Shown here: positions 30,569 through 43,246 of the stretch, piece after piece
Layout: the number at the start of each line of letters is the position of its first letter
How positions within the stretch are numbered: the stretch's first letter is position 1
Notes under the pieces: model-generated
The model's input: only the letters and a program-made list of their open reading frames with translations
Database searches by the model: none
Told to the model about the DNA's origin: nothing
Translations under genes and position numbers: made by a program
DNA from: an uncultured Verrucomicrobiae bacterium
GTDB lineage: Bacteria; Verrucomicrobiota; Verrucomicrobiia; Palsa-1439
Direction: 5' to 3'
NCBI GenBank assembly: GCA_963812605.1
Contig: CAWEWF010000006.1
Coordinates: 32,001 to 96,000 of the forward strand
DNA: 64,000 nt

Positions 30569-30677
30569 TTCAGGATTCTATCCCAAAGAATGGCCGCCCG
30601 ACAAGTCGCCTTTGGAAATGTGAACGATCTCTTCCGGCTTTGCCGTGTTCGCGAAATCATGCTACTCTGTGCCAGCC

Positions 30678-30863
30678 ATGAAACGCGCTTCCAACCGCCG
30701 ATCACGCGCCAAGCGGCCTTCCGGGGTGGATGAAGGGCAGATTATCGAGGCGCTTCGTTTAACACCTACGGAGCGCTGGGAAAAGCATCGGGTATTCGTA
30801 GATTTCATTGAGGAGATGGAACGTGCCGCAAGATTACGCCCGCGTGATCCGCAACCTCGATGA
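30678..30863 (+). CDS. Small protein paired with the nucleotidyltransferase
   Basis: GVDEGQIIEALRLTPTERW; overlaps the next gene. Confidence 0.6.
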   Translation: MKRASNRRSRAKRPSGVDEGQIIEALRLTPTERWEKHRVFVDFIEEMERAARLRPRDPQPR

Positions 30864-31320
30864 ACATAAGGTTGAGTTCGTCATCATTGGCGCGATGGCA
30901 GCGGTGAGCCTGGGCGTGCCCATCATAACGCGCGATCTCGATATCTGCTATCGCCGTTCCAAACCAAACATGGCGGCCCTTGCAAACGCCCTTGGACCAT
31001 TCCATCCCAAACTGCGCGGTGCGCCATCTGATTTGCCGTTCAAATTCGACTGCGTGACCATCGAGCATGGTAACAATTTCACCCTGGTTACCGACGTGGG
31101 CGACATCGATGTTCTTGGGTACATCACTGGCGTGGACGGTTATGATGAGATCATCAAGACCGCCGAGACTTTGGAGGTTTACGGCATCCAGGTCAAAGTG
31201 ATGTCGTTGGAAACCTTGATCAAAGCCAAGAAGGCCACTGGCCGCACGAAAGACAAGCTTCAACTTCTGGAACTAGAGGCCGCCTTGCGCTTAAAGCGCG
31301 AGCAGGCCAAAGATTTGTGA
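30823..31320 (+). CDS. Pol-beta-superfamily nucleotidyltransferase (TA-like module)
   Basis: FVIIGAMA..TRDLDI, IDVL, LIKAKKATGRTKD. Confidence 0.8.
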   Translation: MPQDYARVIRNLDEHKVEFVIIGAMAAVSLGVPIITRDLDICYRRSKPNMAALANALGPFHPKLRGAPSDLPFKFDCVTIEHGNNFTLVTDVGDIDVLGYITGVDGYDEIIKTAETLEVYGIQVKVMSLETLIKAKKATGRTKDKLQLLELEAALRLKREQAKDL

Positions 31321-31685
31321 CCGAACTCTCTAACATTGCTATTCCGAACTCCGCCTACGGCGCGTGGGCCCGCTCGATGGTGACGATACAAGCATAGGGC
31401 CGGACAATTTCATTGGTCTGGCTCGGCAATAAGTAATACAGATTCTTCTCGCGCTGGCGATCAGGCGAGGCGGTGTCGGTCAGATACATGATTGTCTGCG
31501 CCGCCAGGATGCTGCGCCACGCGTGCGGAGTTCTTTCGTTGGCGATAATCGCTGGCGGCAATCCGATGGCGATCCACGCGAGAAGCCAGTTCTTTGCCTA
31601 TCAATTCGCTCAATTTCCTGCCGGTTGCGTTGCGCAACTGCCCAGCGGGTGCTAGTGTGTTTCCGTCGCGCTCGGCCGCGGTGCC

Positions 31686-34979
<3,294 letters not shown>

Positions 34980-35008
34980 GAAGCGTAATGATACTAATGA
35001 TACTGTAG

Positions 35009-35338
35009 ATGAGCGTGCGAACTGAATCGAAAGTCCTGGCTCTGATGTGTGTTTTCTTTGGAGTCTTGTACGCCCAGATGATTCCCAAGATTTCTTCCAT
35101 CTGTGGCAATCTGGGACTCGGTCTACCGTTTTTTACTAGAGTAATTTTCTCGCCTGGCGCGGCTGGCTGGTCGCTAGCGTTCGGCGTGGTTGCTGGAATC
35201 GTTCTTTGGAAGGACTCTTGGAAGAGACTTCGAGTGCCCAATTCAATCTTTGCAATCACGCTCGCCACGATCGTGTGGACACTTTTAGCCGGTTTCCTCC
35301 CACCGATCATCGAGATTTTCAGGTTTGCTGCAGACTGA
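35009..35338 (+). CDS. Small membrane protein, resembles an isolated GspF/PilC transmembrane segment
   Basis: Three hydrophobic segments; MIPKISSICGNLGLGLPFFTRVI pattern. Confidence 0.5.
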   Translation: MSVRTESKVLALMCVFFGVLYAQMIPKISSICGNLGLGLPFFTRVIFSPGAAGWSLAFGVVAGIVLWKDSWKRLRVPNSIFAITLATIVWTLLAGFLPPIIEIFRFAAD

Positions 35339-35355
35339 AACTGAGGAGAATCACA

Positions 35356-35631
35356 TTGATCACTGTTCGAATTGAGCATCACCCCGACAATGCGAAACTT
35401 GACCAGTTAGGGGTTGAAGCATGGCCCATCTGGGAGAAGGAAGTATCGGAGTTTCCTTGGCACTACGATGAAAAGGAAACGTGCTACTTGCTGGAAGGCG
35501 ACGTCACGGTAACGCCGGCAGGCGGAGAGCCGGTGCGTTTCGGCAAAGGTGATCTGGTCACCTTCCCCAAGGGCATGTCGTGCACATGGACGATGCACAA
35601 GGCCGTGCGCAAACACTACAAGTTCGGCTGA
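35356..35631 (+). CDS. Cupin (DUF861/EutQ-like)
   Basis: WPIWEKEVSEFPWHY..ETCYLLEG..GDLVTFPKG; GAGGAG RBS before TTG. Confidence 0.88.
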   Translation: MITVRIEHHPDNAKLDQLGVEAWPIWEKEVSEFPWHYDEKETCYLLEGDVTVTPAGGEPVRFGKGDLVTFPKGMSCTWTMHKAVRKHYKFG

Positions 35632-35820
35632 TCCCGCCAGGTCGGCAGCCACGCCCGCCTTTTTGCCAAGCTGGCAACTGGATGAATTGTCCGGTCAGAC
35701 CGTCGCCATAGACACACGCCGCGTTTGCCGAAGTTTTGGTTCGCAATGAACAATCCCGCTTCCCCCGGTAATCTCCGCACCCACTTCCAGACTTGACCCT
35801 CTCTGTTCGCGGATGTCATG

Positions 35821-35841
35821 ATAGATGTCAGTGACATCTAT
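35821..35841. promoter_or_regulatory. Palindromic operator upstream of the PadR gene
   Basis: ATAGATGTCAGTGACATCTAT; second copy at 36369. Confidence 0.7.
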
Positions 35842-35847
35842 TATCGC

Positions 35848-36183
35848 ATGAAGATTGATCATTTTGCGAAGGATTTGGCGACGGGGTCTTACGACCTGCT
35901 GGTGTTGGATGCCTTGCAGGAGCGACCCGCGTACGGGTACGAGATCGTGCGCCGCATCTCCTTGCGGTCGAAACACATTCTCCGTTGGCATCTCGGGTCG
36001 GTGTACCACGTGTTGCATCACCTGGAACGCCAAGGCCTCGTTATTAGCCGCTGGAAGACTGTAGGACGAAGCCGCGAACGCAAGTATTACCGGCTGACCA
36101 CGCGCGGTCGCGCCGTCTGGCGTCGACAGCGTGCGCAGTGGCAATCCTTTAGCAAAGCGGTGAATGCCTTGCTCGGTCTGTAA
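35848..36183 (+). CDS. PadR family transcriptional regulator
   Basis: YGYEI, GSVYHVLHHLERQGLV, RERKYYRLT. Confidence 0.92.
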   Translation: MKIDHFAKDLATGSYDLLVLDALQERPAYGYEIVRRISLRSKHILRWHLGSVYHVLHHLERQGLVISRWKTVGRSRERKYYRLTTRGRAVWRRQRAQWQSFSKAVNALLGL

Positions 36184-36368
36184 ATGCTCCTACATCCTTC
36201 ATCGAGAGGGCTGCGCTCTGACATGACCGTCATTCCGTGAATAGACGCGAGCCTTCGATTTCACTCAGTGCAATCCCCGCGCCTCCAACGAGCCCATCAA
36301 ACCGTCCTGGACCCAGCGGTATTGCGACGCGAAGCTAGGCCAACCGGTGTTTGTGTTGGTGTTACTGG

Positions 36369-36389
36369 ATAGATGTTAGTGACATCTAT
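36369..36389. promoter_or_regulatory. Second copy of the palindromic operator
   Basis: ATAGATGTTAGTGACATCTAT, 20/21 identical to 35821-35841. Confidence 0.65.
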
Positions 36390-36635
36390 TAGACCAATGG
36401 GCCACAGACTGACTTGTGTCTGGGGTTGAGCCAGGAGGTGGACGACTGCCTTGTACTAGGTCCACATTGAAGTCGGTGGATGGCAGACCAATTCGCGATG
36501 CCCCTGCTCCGAACGCTTTCGTGGCTGTCCGTGTTTTCAAACTGACCCACTACCCAACTCGCGAAAAGTTTGAGTCTTTTCGCGGGGCGTGCTAGGTTCC
36601 GAACAGTTACTCAACAAATTACAGGAGGCAAGGTG

Positions 36636-37154
36636 ATGAAAGCTGGCATTCTCGTGGTGGCGTCAATGATGGCGGTGGCAATCGTTTCCGCGCAAGCGGA
36701 GCCCGCAACGAAAGCGATTGCGGTGCTCTCGCCGACAAAGGGCAGCACCGTGTCCGGCACGGTGACGTTCACGAAGGTCGATGGCGGGATAAAAATCGTG
36801 GCCGACGTGGAGGGCCTGACTCCCGGCCTGCACGGCTTCCACATTCACGAGTTCGGCGACTGCAGCGCGCCCGACGCAACTTCGGCGGGCGGTCACTTCA
36901 ATCCGCATCACATGCAGCACGGCGGGCCTGATGCAGCCATGCGGCATGCCGGTGACTTCGGCAACCTCGAAGCGGACGCTTCCGGCAAGGCGCACTACGA
37001 GCGCGTGGACACCGTGATCTCCCTCGACGGCGCGGACTCCATCATCGGGCACGGCGTGATCGTGCATGCGGGCGCGGATGACCTGAAGACGCAGCCGACA
37101 GGCAACGCCGGCGCGCGCGTGGCATGCGGCGCCATCGGCGTGGCGAAACCGTAG
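36636..37154 (+). CDS. sodC: Periplasmic Cu/Zn superoxide dismutase
   Basis: Signal peptide, HGFHIHEFGDC, GGHFNP, HAGDFGN, GNAGARVACG. Confidence 0.95.
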   Translation: MKAGILVVASMMAVAIVSAQAEPATKAIAVLSPTKGSTVSGTVTFTKVDGGIKIVADVEGLTPGLHGFHIHEFGDCSAPDATSAGGHFNPHHMQHGGPDAAMRHAGDFGNLEADASGKAHYERVDTVISLDGADSIIGHGVIVHAGADDLKTQPTGNAGARVACGAIGVAKP

Positions 37155-37193
37155 GGCTTGGGGAGCGGTGCGCTGGCCAACCGACCATCGCTA

Positions 37194-38099
37194 TTATTTT
37201 CCGACGGCATCGGGCGCGATAATCGCGGGCGAATTTGTTTTCGCCCGGCCGACCGTCGTGCCTGGTTCCGCCATCCTCCGCTCAAGTGTGCGACGAATGG
37301 ACGCCTGTCCTTGATCTGTTAGTTTGGCTGTCCATTGTCTGGCTTCGTCATTACGCCCCAGACGAATGCACGTACGCGCAAGGTTCGCGTACACGAATTG
37401 TCGCTGGTGATTATTCAGCGGCTGCTGGAGACAGAATTGCCACCCGTCGTACGCTCCCTGCCAATTCGGTTTGGGCATCATATAGAATGTCTCCGCATAG
37501 GTGCTGGCCATTTCGAAGTCCTGCGGCACGAGGTCGCGGGCCTGGCGGAATTGATCCAGACTGTGCTGGAAGATCTCTTCTTTGCTCCAACCGTACACCG
37601 CGTGCGACTCATTACGGAACATCTGGCACGTCGTCGCCCAGTTGAAGCGGAAGATCGGTTCGGTCGGCTCCAGATCGATGGCCTTTTGGTAGTACCGCAG
37701 CGCCTTGTCGGCGTGACCGTTGTGGCCATAATCATTGGCGAGGGCGTTGTACGCGTAGGCTTCGTGCGGATCGACCGCGATCGCCTTCTCCCACCAGCTG
37801 ACTCCTTCATTTTCACGATGCTGGTCGTAAAGCAGACTGCCGTAAGCAACCATCGCACGGGTGTGACCCGGGTGATCACTCAGGAAATGTTTGTAGTCGC
37901 CCTCCAGCCGGCGTTGTTCCGCTTTCCAGCGCGGGAGATCCGTGTCTGAGACCGTCTCGCTTTGCGCCTGAAGTTCCTCGCCGCGTGACAACAAGAAACG
38001 GAATTGTCGCTCCGCGTCGCGCGGGTCCTCTTCAGCCCGAACAACCTGTGAGAACAGTACCACCGCGAAGAAGCAAGTTGCCAGCAAACGCGTCGTCAT
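37194..38099 (-). CDS. Exported TPR protein
   Basis: Signal peptide; KAIAVDP, AYNALA, YQKAIDLEP repeats. Confidence 0.8.
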   Translation of the reverse strand: MTTRLLATCFFAVVLFSQVVRAEEDPRDAERQFRFLLSRGEELQAQSETVSDTDLPRWKAEQRRLEGDYKHFLSDHPGHTRAMVAYGSLLYDQHRENEGVSWWEKAIAVDPHEAYAYNALANDYGHNGHADKALRYYQKAIDLEPTEPIFRFNWATTCQMFRNESHAVYGWSKEEIFQHSLDQFRQARDLVPQDFEMASTYAETFYMMPKPNWQGAYDGWQFCLQQPLNNHQRQFVYANLARTCIRLGRNDEARQWTAKLTDQGQASIRRTLERRMAEPGTTVGRAKTNSPAIIAPDAVGK

Positions 38100-38102
38100 T
38101 CG

Positions 38103-38591
38103 TCAACGTCCCTTCCATTCCGCCGCGGGATTCTCCGCGTTGACACGCTTGTCCAATGGGTCATATTTTTCGGCAAGACCGAGTTCAAAGGGCTGGTTAT
38201 CGGGGTTCGGCGTGACCTGCCGGTATTGCGCATAACATTTGTAGCAAATCGTCACGTCGGGCAGAAACTTGAAGAGCAACCCATCCGCCAGGACAAATGC
38301 TGCCCAGACCAGCGTGCCTTCCACCAGGCGGTTCTTCCACGCGCAAAGCAAAAACAACAACGCGCCCACCATGAAGATGCTTACGCCCAGTGTGCGGTTG
38401 AAGTCCTTCTGCACGTATACCGTGTTGCAATCGCAGACGGCGCAGCGATCCACCATGTTATTCTGGCGCATCCGCTCCGTGATCCGCAGCCGAATCGTCT
38501 CGTGGCACAACGGACACGGCGATTCGTTCTGCGACAAATCGTCGAACTCCAACTCGTGCTTGCAGTGGGGACAGAGAAACTGAATCTTCAC
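38103..38591 (-). CDS. Zinc-ribbon membrane protein
   Basis: CPHC, CPLC, CAVC, CYKC with two TM helices. Confidence 0.75.
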   Translation of the reverse strand: MKIQFLCPHCKHELEFDDLSQNESPCPLCHETIRLRITERMRQNNMVDRCAVCDCNTVYVQKDFNRTLGVSIFMVGALLFLLCAWKNRLVEGTLVWAAFVLADGLLFKFLPDVTICYKCYAQYRQVTPNPDNQPFELGLAEKYDPLDKRVNAENPAAEWKGR

Positions 38592-38665
38592 AACGTCAGC
38601 CTAACACAAGCCCACGCCCGTTCAAGACTGGACAACCCACCGCGCTTGGCGTATTCACCTGCCCG

Positions 38666-39778
38666 ATGAAAGCCGTCGTGCAACGTGTCGCCCGCGCGTC
38701 TGTCCGAATCGATGGCCAGACGGTCGGCGAAATCGGGCGCGGTCTGCTCGTGCTACTCGGCATTGGCAAGGACGACACCGCGGCGGATGCGGACTGGATG
38801 ATCAAGAAGCTGCTTGCGCTGCGCATTTTCCCAGATGATGCCAAGAACATGAATCGCTCGGTGACCGATATCGGCGGCGGGCTACTCATCGTGTCGCAGT
38901 TCACGCTGTACGGCGATGCCCGCAAAGGCACGCGCCCGAGTTTCACCGATGCGATGCCGCCCGCCGAAGCGGAACAGTTCTACAACGACTTCATGGTAAA
39001 ATTGCGCGCCGCCACGCCCTTGAAGGTCGCCGAAGGCAAATTCGCCGCGATGATGGACGTCGAATTGGTCAACGACGGCCCGGTGACGATTGTTTTGGAA
39101 AGCCCTGTTGGACAGGCGTCCCGCCTGTCGGCGCAAGCTGGACAACCGGCTGCAAGCGTAGCGCCTACGTCCACCGTTGAACAGGCGTCCCGCCTGTTCC
39201 AAGCCGGCCCCCCTTCGGTGTTTGTGCCGTTCGACCGCGATACTACCGTGGATACCAGCCGGCGGGACCTCCCGCACTGGCAACAGCGCGGACGCACGTA
39301 CTTCGTGACCTTCCGGCTCGCCGACTCTGTCCCCGCCGAGAAACTTAATCAATGGGAACAATTGGCTGACAAGAGCGTGGTCTTGCACGAGTTTCAGGAA
39401 TGGCTAGATCGCGGTCACGGCTCATGCTGGCTAAAGCAGTTGGAGTTGGCGACGATTGTGGAAAATGCGCTCTACAAATTTGATGGAGAACGTTACGCGC
39501 TCGGTGAGTTTGTTATCATGCCCACTCACGTGCATGTCCTGGTAACACCCCTTGGCCGGTATGAACTACCTGATATTCTACACTCATGGAAATCATACAC
39601 GGCGCATGAGATCAATCGCATGCTGAAACGCACCGGCAACATTTGGCAGGACGAGTCTTTTGACCACATCGTGCGCGATGAGCGGGCCTTGTTGCAGTTT
39701 ACGCAATACATTACTGCAAACCCCTCCCTGGCTGGCCTAAAAGAAGGTGAGTATCGTGTTGGTCGAGGAAAACGTTAA
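38666..39778 (+). CDS. dtd: D-aminoacyl-tRNA deacylase fused in frame to a RAYT/IS200-like Y1 HUH transposase domain
   Basis: N-half MKAVVQRV..SQFTL..NDGPVT; C-half RDLPHW..TYFVTFRL..MPTHVH..WKSYTA..WQDESFDHIVR..YITANP. Confidence 0.88.
   Translation: MKAVVQRVARASVRIDGQTVGEIGRGLLVLLGIGKDDTAADADWMIKKLLALRIFPDDAKNMNRSVTDIGGGLLIVSQFTLYGDARKGTRPSFTDAMPPAEAEQFYNDFMVKLRAATPLKVAEGKFAAMMDVELVNDGPVTIVLESPVGQASRLSAQAGQPAASVAPTSTVEQASRLFQAGPPSVFVPFDRDTTVDTSRRDLPHWQQRGRTYFVTFRLADSVPAEKLNQWEQLADKSVVLHEFQEWLDRGHGSCWLKQLELATIVENALYKFDGERYALGEFVIMPTHVHVLVTPLGRYELPDILHSWKSYTAHEINRMLKRTGNIWQDESFDHIVRDERALLQFTQYITANPSLAGLKEGEYRVGRGKR
39107..39199. repeat. Two REP palindromes forming the Dtd-RAYT linker
   Basis: GTTGGACAGGCGTCCCGCCTGTC and GTTGAACAGGCGTCCCGCCTGTTC, each read as QASRL. 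Confidence 0.85.
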
Positions 39779-39878
39779 ACAGGCATCTTGTCTGGCATTT
39801 GTGAATACGCATGCCAACAGGCGGGACGCCTGTTCAACACGGATCAGAAGCATTAATGGGCGGGACGCCCGCGCCACT
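39774..39878. repeat. REP cluster downstream of the RAYT domain
   Basis: GTTAAACAGGCATCTTGTCTG (degenerate), AACAGGCGGGACGCCTGTTCAAC (inverted), GGGCGGGACGCCCGCGCCACT. Confidence 0.85.
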
Positions 39879-39883
39879 AATCC

Positions 39884-40675
39884 ATGAGAAAGCCCAACGA
39901 AAAGCATCCGGAGCCGCCGCTGACGTTTGGCGTGCCGCGCCATCTTGCCAATGTGACCGTCATCCTCGTCGAGCCGGCGGTGCCGGGCAATATCGGCTCG
40001 GCGGCGCGCGCGATGACCACGATGGGATTGACGGATCTCGTCGTGTTGAATGGCCCGAAGGATTTCCGCACGCACCTGCAAACCATCATGCTGGGACATG
40101 GCGCGGGCGAATTGCTGGCGAAAGCTCGCGCGGTGTCCACGTGGGAGGAAGCGACGGAGGGTCTGCACTGGCTCGTGGGCACGACGCACCGCAAACGCCG
40201 TCCGCAGTTTCCGCAAATTGTCGAAGCCCGACAGGCTGCGAAGAAAATCGTCGAGCTGACCCACAAACATCGCGTGGGGATCGTGTTCGGACGCGAAGAG
40301 GCGGGACTTTCCGACACCGAGCTGCGCCTCTGTCACGACATCGTCAGCGTGCCGCAAGCCGCCGAGCATCCGTCGTTAAACCTGTCGCAAGCGGTGATGC
40401 TGTTCGCCTACGAGGTTTATCTGGCCAGCATGGGCGACATCCCCAAACCGAAATACAACCTCGCGACAGTGCATGAAGTGGAATCGCTATTGCAACATCT
40501 GCAAGCGTCACTGGCCAAGATCGGTTTCCGCCCCCATCAAGGCGACCCCAATTCCTTCCTGCGCTCTCTCCGCCGCGCCATCGCCCGCGCCCCGCTCGAA
40601 AAACGCGACTGTAACGTCCTCCACCGCATCTGCCAGCAAATCGATTTCTACGTGGACGAGCATCCGAAGAAATAG
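39884..40675 (+). CDS. trmJ: SPOUT RNA methyltransferase, TrmJ/LasT family
   Basis: VILVEPAVPGNIGSAARAM, IVFGREEAGL, SLNLSQAV. Confidence 0.8.
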   Translation: MRKPNEKHPEPPLTFGVPRHLANVTVILVEPAVPGNIGSAARAMTTMGLTDLVVLNGPKDFRTHLQTIMLGHGAGELLAKARAVSTWEEATEGLHWLVGTTHRKRRPQFPQIVEARQAAKKIVELTHKHRVGIVFGREEAGLSDTELRLCHDIVSVPQAAEHPSLNLSQAVMLFAYEVYLASMGDIPKPKYNLATVHEVESLLQHLQASLAKIGFRPHQGDPNSFLRSLRRAIARAPLEKRDCNVLHRICQQIDFYVDEHPKK

Positions 40676-40696
40676 AACGGGCGAGTTGTTAGGGCC

Positions 40697-41779
40697 TCAC
40701 GGCTTTCCTTCAGTTTCGCTAAGCGCAACAATCCGCTGGTTCTCGAACTTTTCATCTACAACTGTAATTCCACCGCCCCAGCCGGCACATACCAAGCCAA
40801 GCTTCCCCCAGTGAGCCATCACGACATTTGAATGTTGTTCCAGAACTTCTCCTTTTTGAGAGATCATCCGAGGACCAGTCCCGGGAATCTTCTTCCCACT
40901 TGCTACATCGATCACCCAGGCTGCGGTAGCAAAAATTCTCTTTCCGTCTGCGCTCCATGTGGGGTTAATGCCGCTGTGTTTACCATTGCGTTTGTCGTCA
41001 GGATTAGGCAGGAGGTGGGGATTTGCGCCGTCAATGCCCATGAGATACAACCCACCAGTCTTTGCATCCCCCATGTGAACGTAGGCGATCGTCTTACCGT
41101 CCGGCGAAACGGATGGTTGGCGATCACCAGGGCCTTCCGTGAGGTAAATGCGGTTTCTACCATCTATATCGCACTTGACGATTCTACCACGGCCACCTCC
41201 GCGCAAAGATTCAGCAAATACAAGCTGTTCCCCACCGGGCATCCAACTGGGACTGTCTATCGCTTGCAAATGCCCATCGATCATTGACGGTGTGATAGCG
41301 CGTTCCAAGCCGCTCCCGTCGAGACCCATCGTCCACAACCCTGTTACGTCACTGCCAGCAAAGAGTACGGATAGCGCGATCTTGTGTGTGTGTTTGTTCA
41401 GGTCCATCCAGCACGAATATCCTTGCGTGTCGATGGGGTAATTTGGATTCTTCCAAAGCTCCTTGATGTCGGTCTTCTCGCTCCCATCCGGCTTCATTTT
41501 GCAGAGATAGATACTAACGCCATGACGAATGTCCTCAGTTTTGCTGCCACTAAAAAGGTCACCAATGAGATAATGTTTGCGTGTGAACGAACTGACTTGT
41601 TTGAGGAAATAGATTTCGTATTCTGTCTCGCTGAAGTGTGGATTCTCGCCCGGCTTGCTCGGCAGCGTCATCGACGGACCCCAATCGGCGCAGAGATATT
41701 CAACGTTTTTGAATTCTCCGGCGAAGGTGACCGTAGATAAAGAGACCAGTAAGGTGCAAAGATGGAGACTTTTCGACAT
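40697..41779 (-). CDS. Exported TolB-like beta-propeller (PD40 repeats)
   Basis: Signal peptide; SPSWMPGG, QPSVSPDGKTIAY, NPTWSADGK. Confidence 0.75.
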   Translation of the reverse strand: MSKSLHLCTLLVSLSTVTFAGEFKNVEYLCADWGPSMTLPSKPGENPHFSETEYEIYFLKQVSSFTRKHYLIGDLFSGSKTEDIRHGVSIYLCKMKPDGSEKTDIKELWKNPNYPIDTQGYSCWMDLNKHTHKIALSVLFAGSDVTGLWTMGLDGSGLERAITPSMIDGHLQAIDSPSWMPGGEQLVFAESLRGGGRGRIVKCDIDGRNRIYLTEGPGDRQPSVSPDGKTIAYVHMGDAKTGGLYLMGIDGANPHLLPNPDDKRNGKHSGINPTWSADGKRIFATAAWVIDVASGKKIPGTGPRMISQKGEVLEQHSNVVMAHWGKLGLVCAGWGGGITVVDEKFENQRIVALSETEGKP

Positions 41780-41928
41780 AAACTGATTAGTCCCGCATAA
41801 CCGCAAGTTTCTGGTCATTTTCCCTCGCGCAGATAGTTTGGTAACGAAACCAGATCGATGGGGTCTTTTAATAGCGAAAACTTGTGCTCAAGGGAAGAGA
41901 TAACACCGGAGTGAAGCGCATACAAGTT

Positions 41929-41999
41929 TGTCACCCTGAGTGAAGCGAAAGGTCTAGCTCCGAGTGCGGGCCAGATTCTTCGCTTGGCTCAGAATGACA
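41929..41999. repeat. Complete TGTCA..GAG / CTCAGAATGACA hairpin element
   Basis: TGTCACCCTGAGTGAAGCGAA...TTCGCTTGGCTCAGAATGACA; a REP follows at 42018-42040. Confidence 0.8.
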
Positions 42000-42044
42000 C
42001 CGCTCAGTAAAAAATAAACGGGCGGGACGCCCGCGCCACTACTG

Positions 42045-42926
42045 CTACTTCACGTGTTCCCACGCGTGGTAGGAACTGCGGACGAGGGGGCCGGATTCGA
42101 CGTGGCGGAAGCTTAGTTGCAGGGCGTCGTCCTTGAAGGCGGCGAATTCTTCGGGCGTGACGTAGCGGGTGACGGTCAACTGGTCTTCGGACGGGCGCAG
42201 ATACTGGCCGAGCGTTAAAATATCGCAGCCGTGTTGGCGCAGGTCGCGGAAGATTTCCAGCAACTCTTCGCGGGTCTCGCCCAAACCGAGCATCAGACCC
42301 GATTTCGTCAGAATATCACCGCGAAATTCTTTCGCCATCTCCAGGACACGCAGCGAACGCTCGTACATCGCGCCGGGGCGCACTTGTTTGTACAGGCGCG
42401 GGACGGTTTCCATGTTGTGCGCTAGGACGGCGAGCGGAGTTTTCGCCACGCGCGCGATACAGGCTGACTCGCCGCGGAAATCCGGGATCAACATTTCCAA
42501 TTTGCAGTCCGGTAGCCGCGCATGAATCATTTCAATCGTGCGGCCGATGTGGTCCGCGCCCTGGTCGGGCAAATCATCGCGCGTCACGGAGGTGAGCACG
42601 CAATAATCGAGTTTCATCGCCGCGACAACCTCGGCGACGTGCTCGGGCTCGTCCGCATCGAGAAAGCCGGGCCGTCCCTTATCGACCGCGCAGAAATTGC
42701 AACGCCGCGTGCAAACGTCGCCCATGAGCATGAACGTCGCCGCGCCATGCGACCAGCACTCGCCCATGTTCGGGCATTTGGCCTCTTCGCAAACGGTGTG
42801 CAGCTTGAACTCGCGCAGGACGTTCTTCAGGTAGGCATAGCGTTCGCCGCCCGGCACGCGCTGCCGAATCCATGGCGGCAGGCGCCGCTGCGGCGTCGGC
42901 TCAATTGTGAGGAGTGCGGAGTCCAT
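42045..42926 (-). CDS. lipA: Lipoyl synthase
   Basis: TVCEEAKCPNMGECW, CTRRCNFC, LVRSSYHA. Confidence 0.96.
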   Translation of the reverse strand: MDSALLTIEPTPQRRLPPWIRQRVPGGERYAYLKNVLREFKLHTVCEEAKCPNMGECWSHGAATFMLMGDVCTRRCNFCAVDKGRPGFLDADEPEHVAEVVAAMKLDYCVLTSVTRDDLPDQGADHIGRTIEMIHARLPDCKLEMLIPDFRGESACIARVAKTPLAVLAHNMETVPRLYKQVRPGAMYERSLRVLEMAKEFRGDILTKSGLMLGLGETREELLEIFRDLRQHGCDILTLGQYLRPSEDQLTVTRYVTPEEFAAFKDDALQLSFRHVESGPLVRSSYHAWEHVK

Positions 42927-43044
42927 TATTCGTGTGATACAGGATAAATCACCGCACCACATTTGTCACGCGCCACCAGCATTCGATAGTGTCTTAGATT
43001 ACCGGACTGGAGGACCACCCTCTCCCTACGCGGCCGATTTTTTG

Positions 43045-43177
43045 GGCGGTGTCTTAATTTGCATCCGCCAACTGTAGCCGAAGCGTAAGCTTCGGTGGTG
43101 GCAATGCGAATTCCCGAAGCTTACGCTTCGGCTACAAAACACGAACGATGAGCAATGCGGCAAATTAAGACAGTGCC
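43045..43177. mobile_element. 133-bp MITE copy 2 with perfect 8-bp target duplication
   Basis: ATTTTTTG on both sides (43037-44, 43178-85); ends GGCGGTGTCTTAATTTG / CAAATTAAGACAGTGCC. Confidence 0.9.
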
Positions 43178-43246
43178 ATTTTTTGAGTTGTTTTGAGCCT
43201 TCCGTGAGCAATACTGTCCAATTGCGAGTATCTTCCTGGCGGCGAG

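Noticed and set aside
31355-31660. Short minus-strand ORFs upstream of mfd
   Set aside because: No recognisable motif or clear start; possibly a gene remnant
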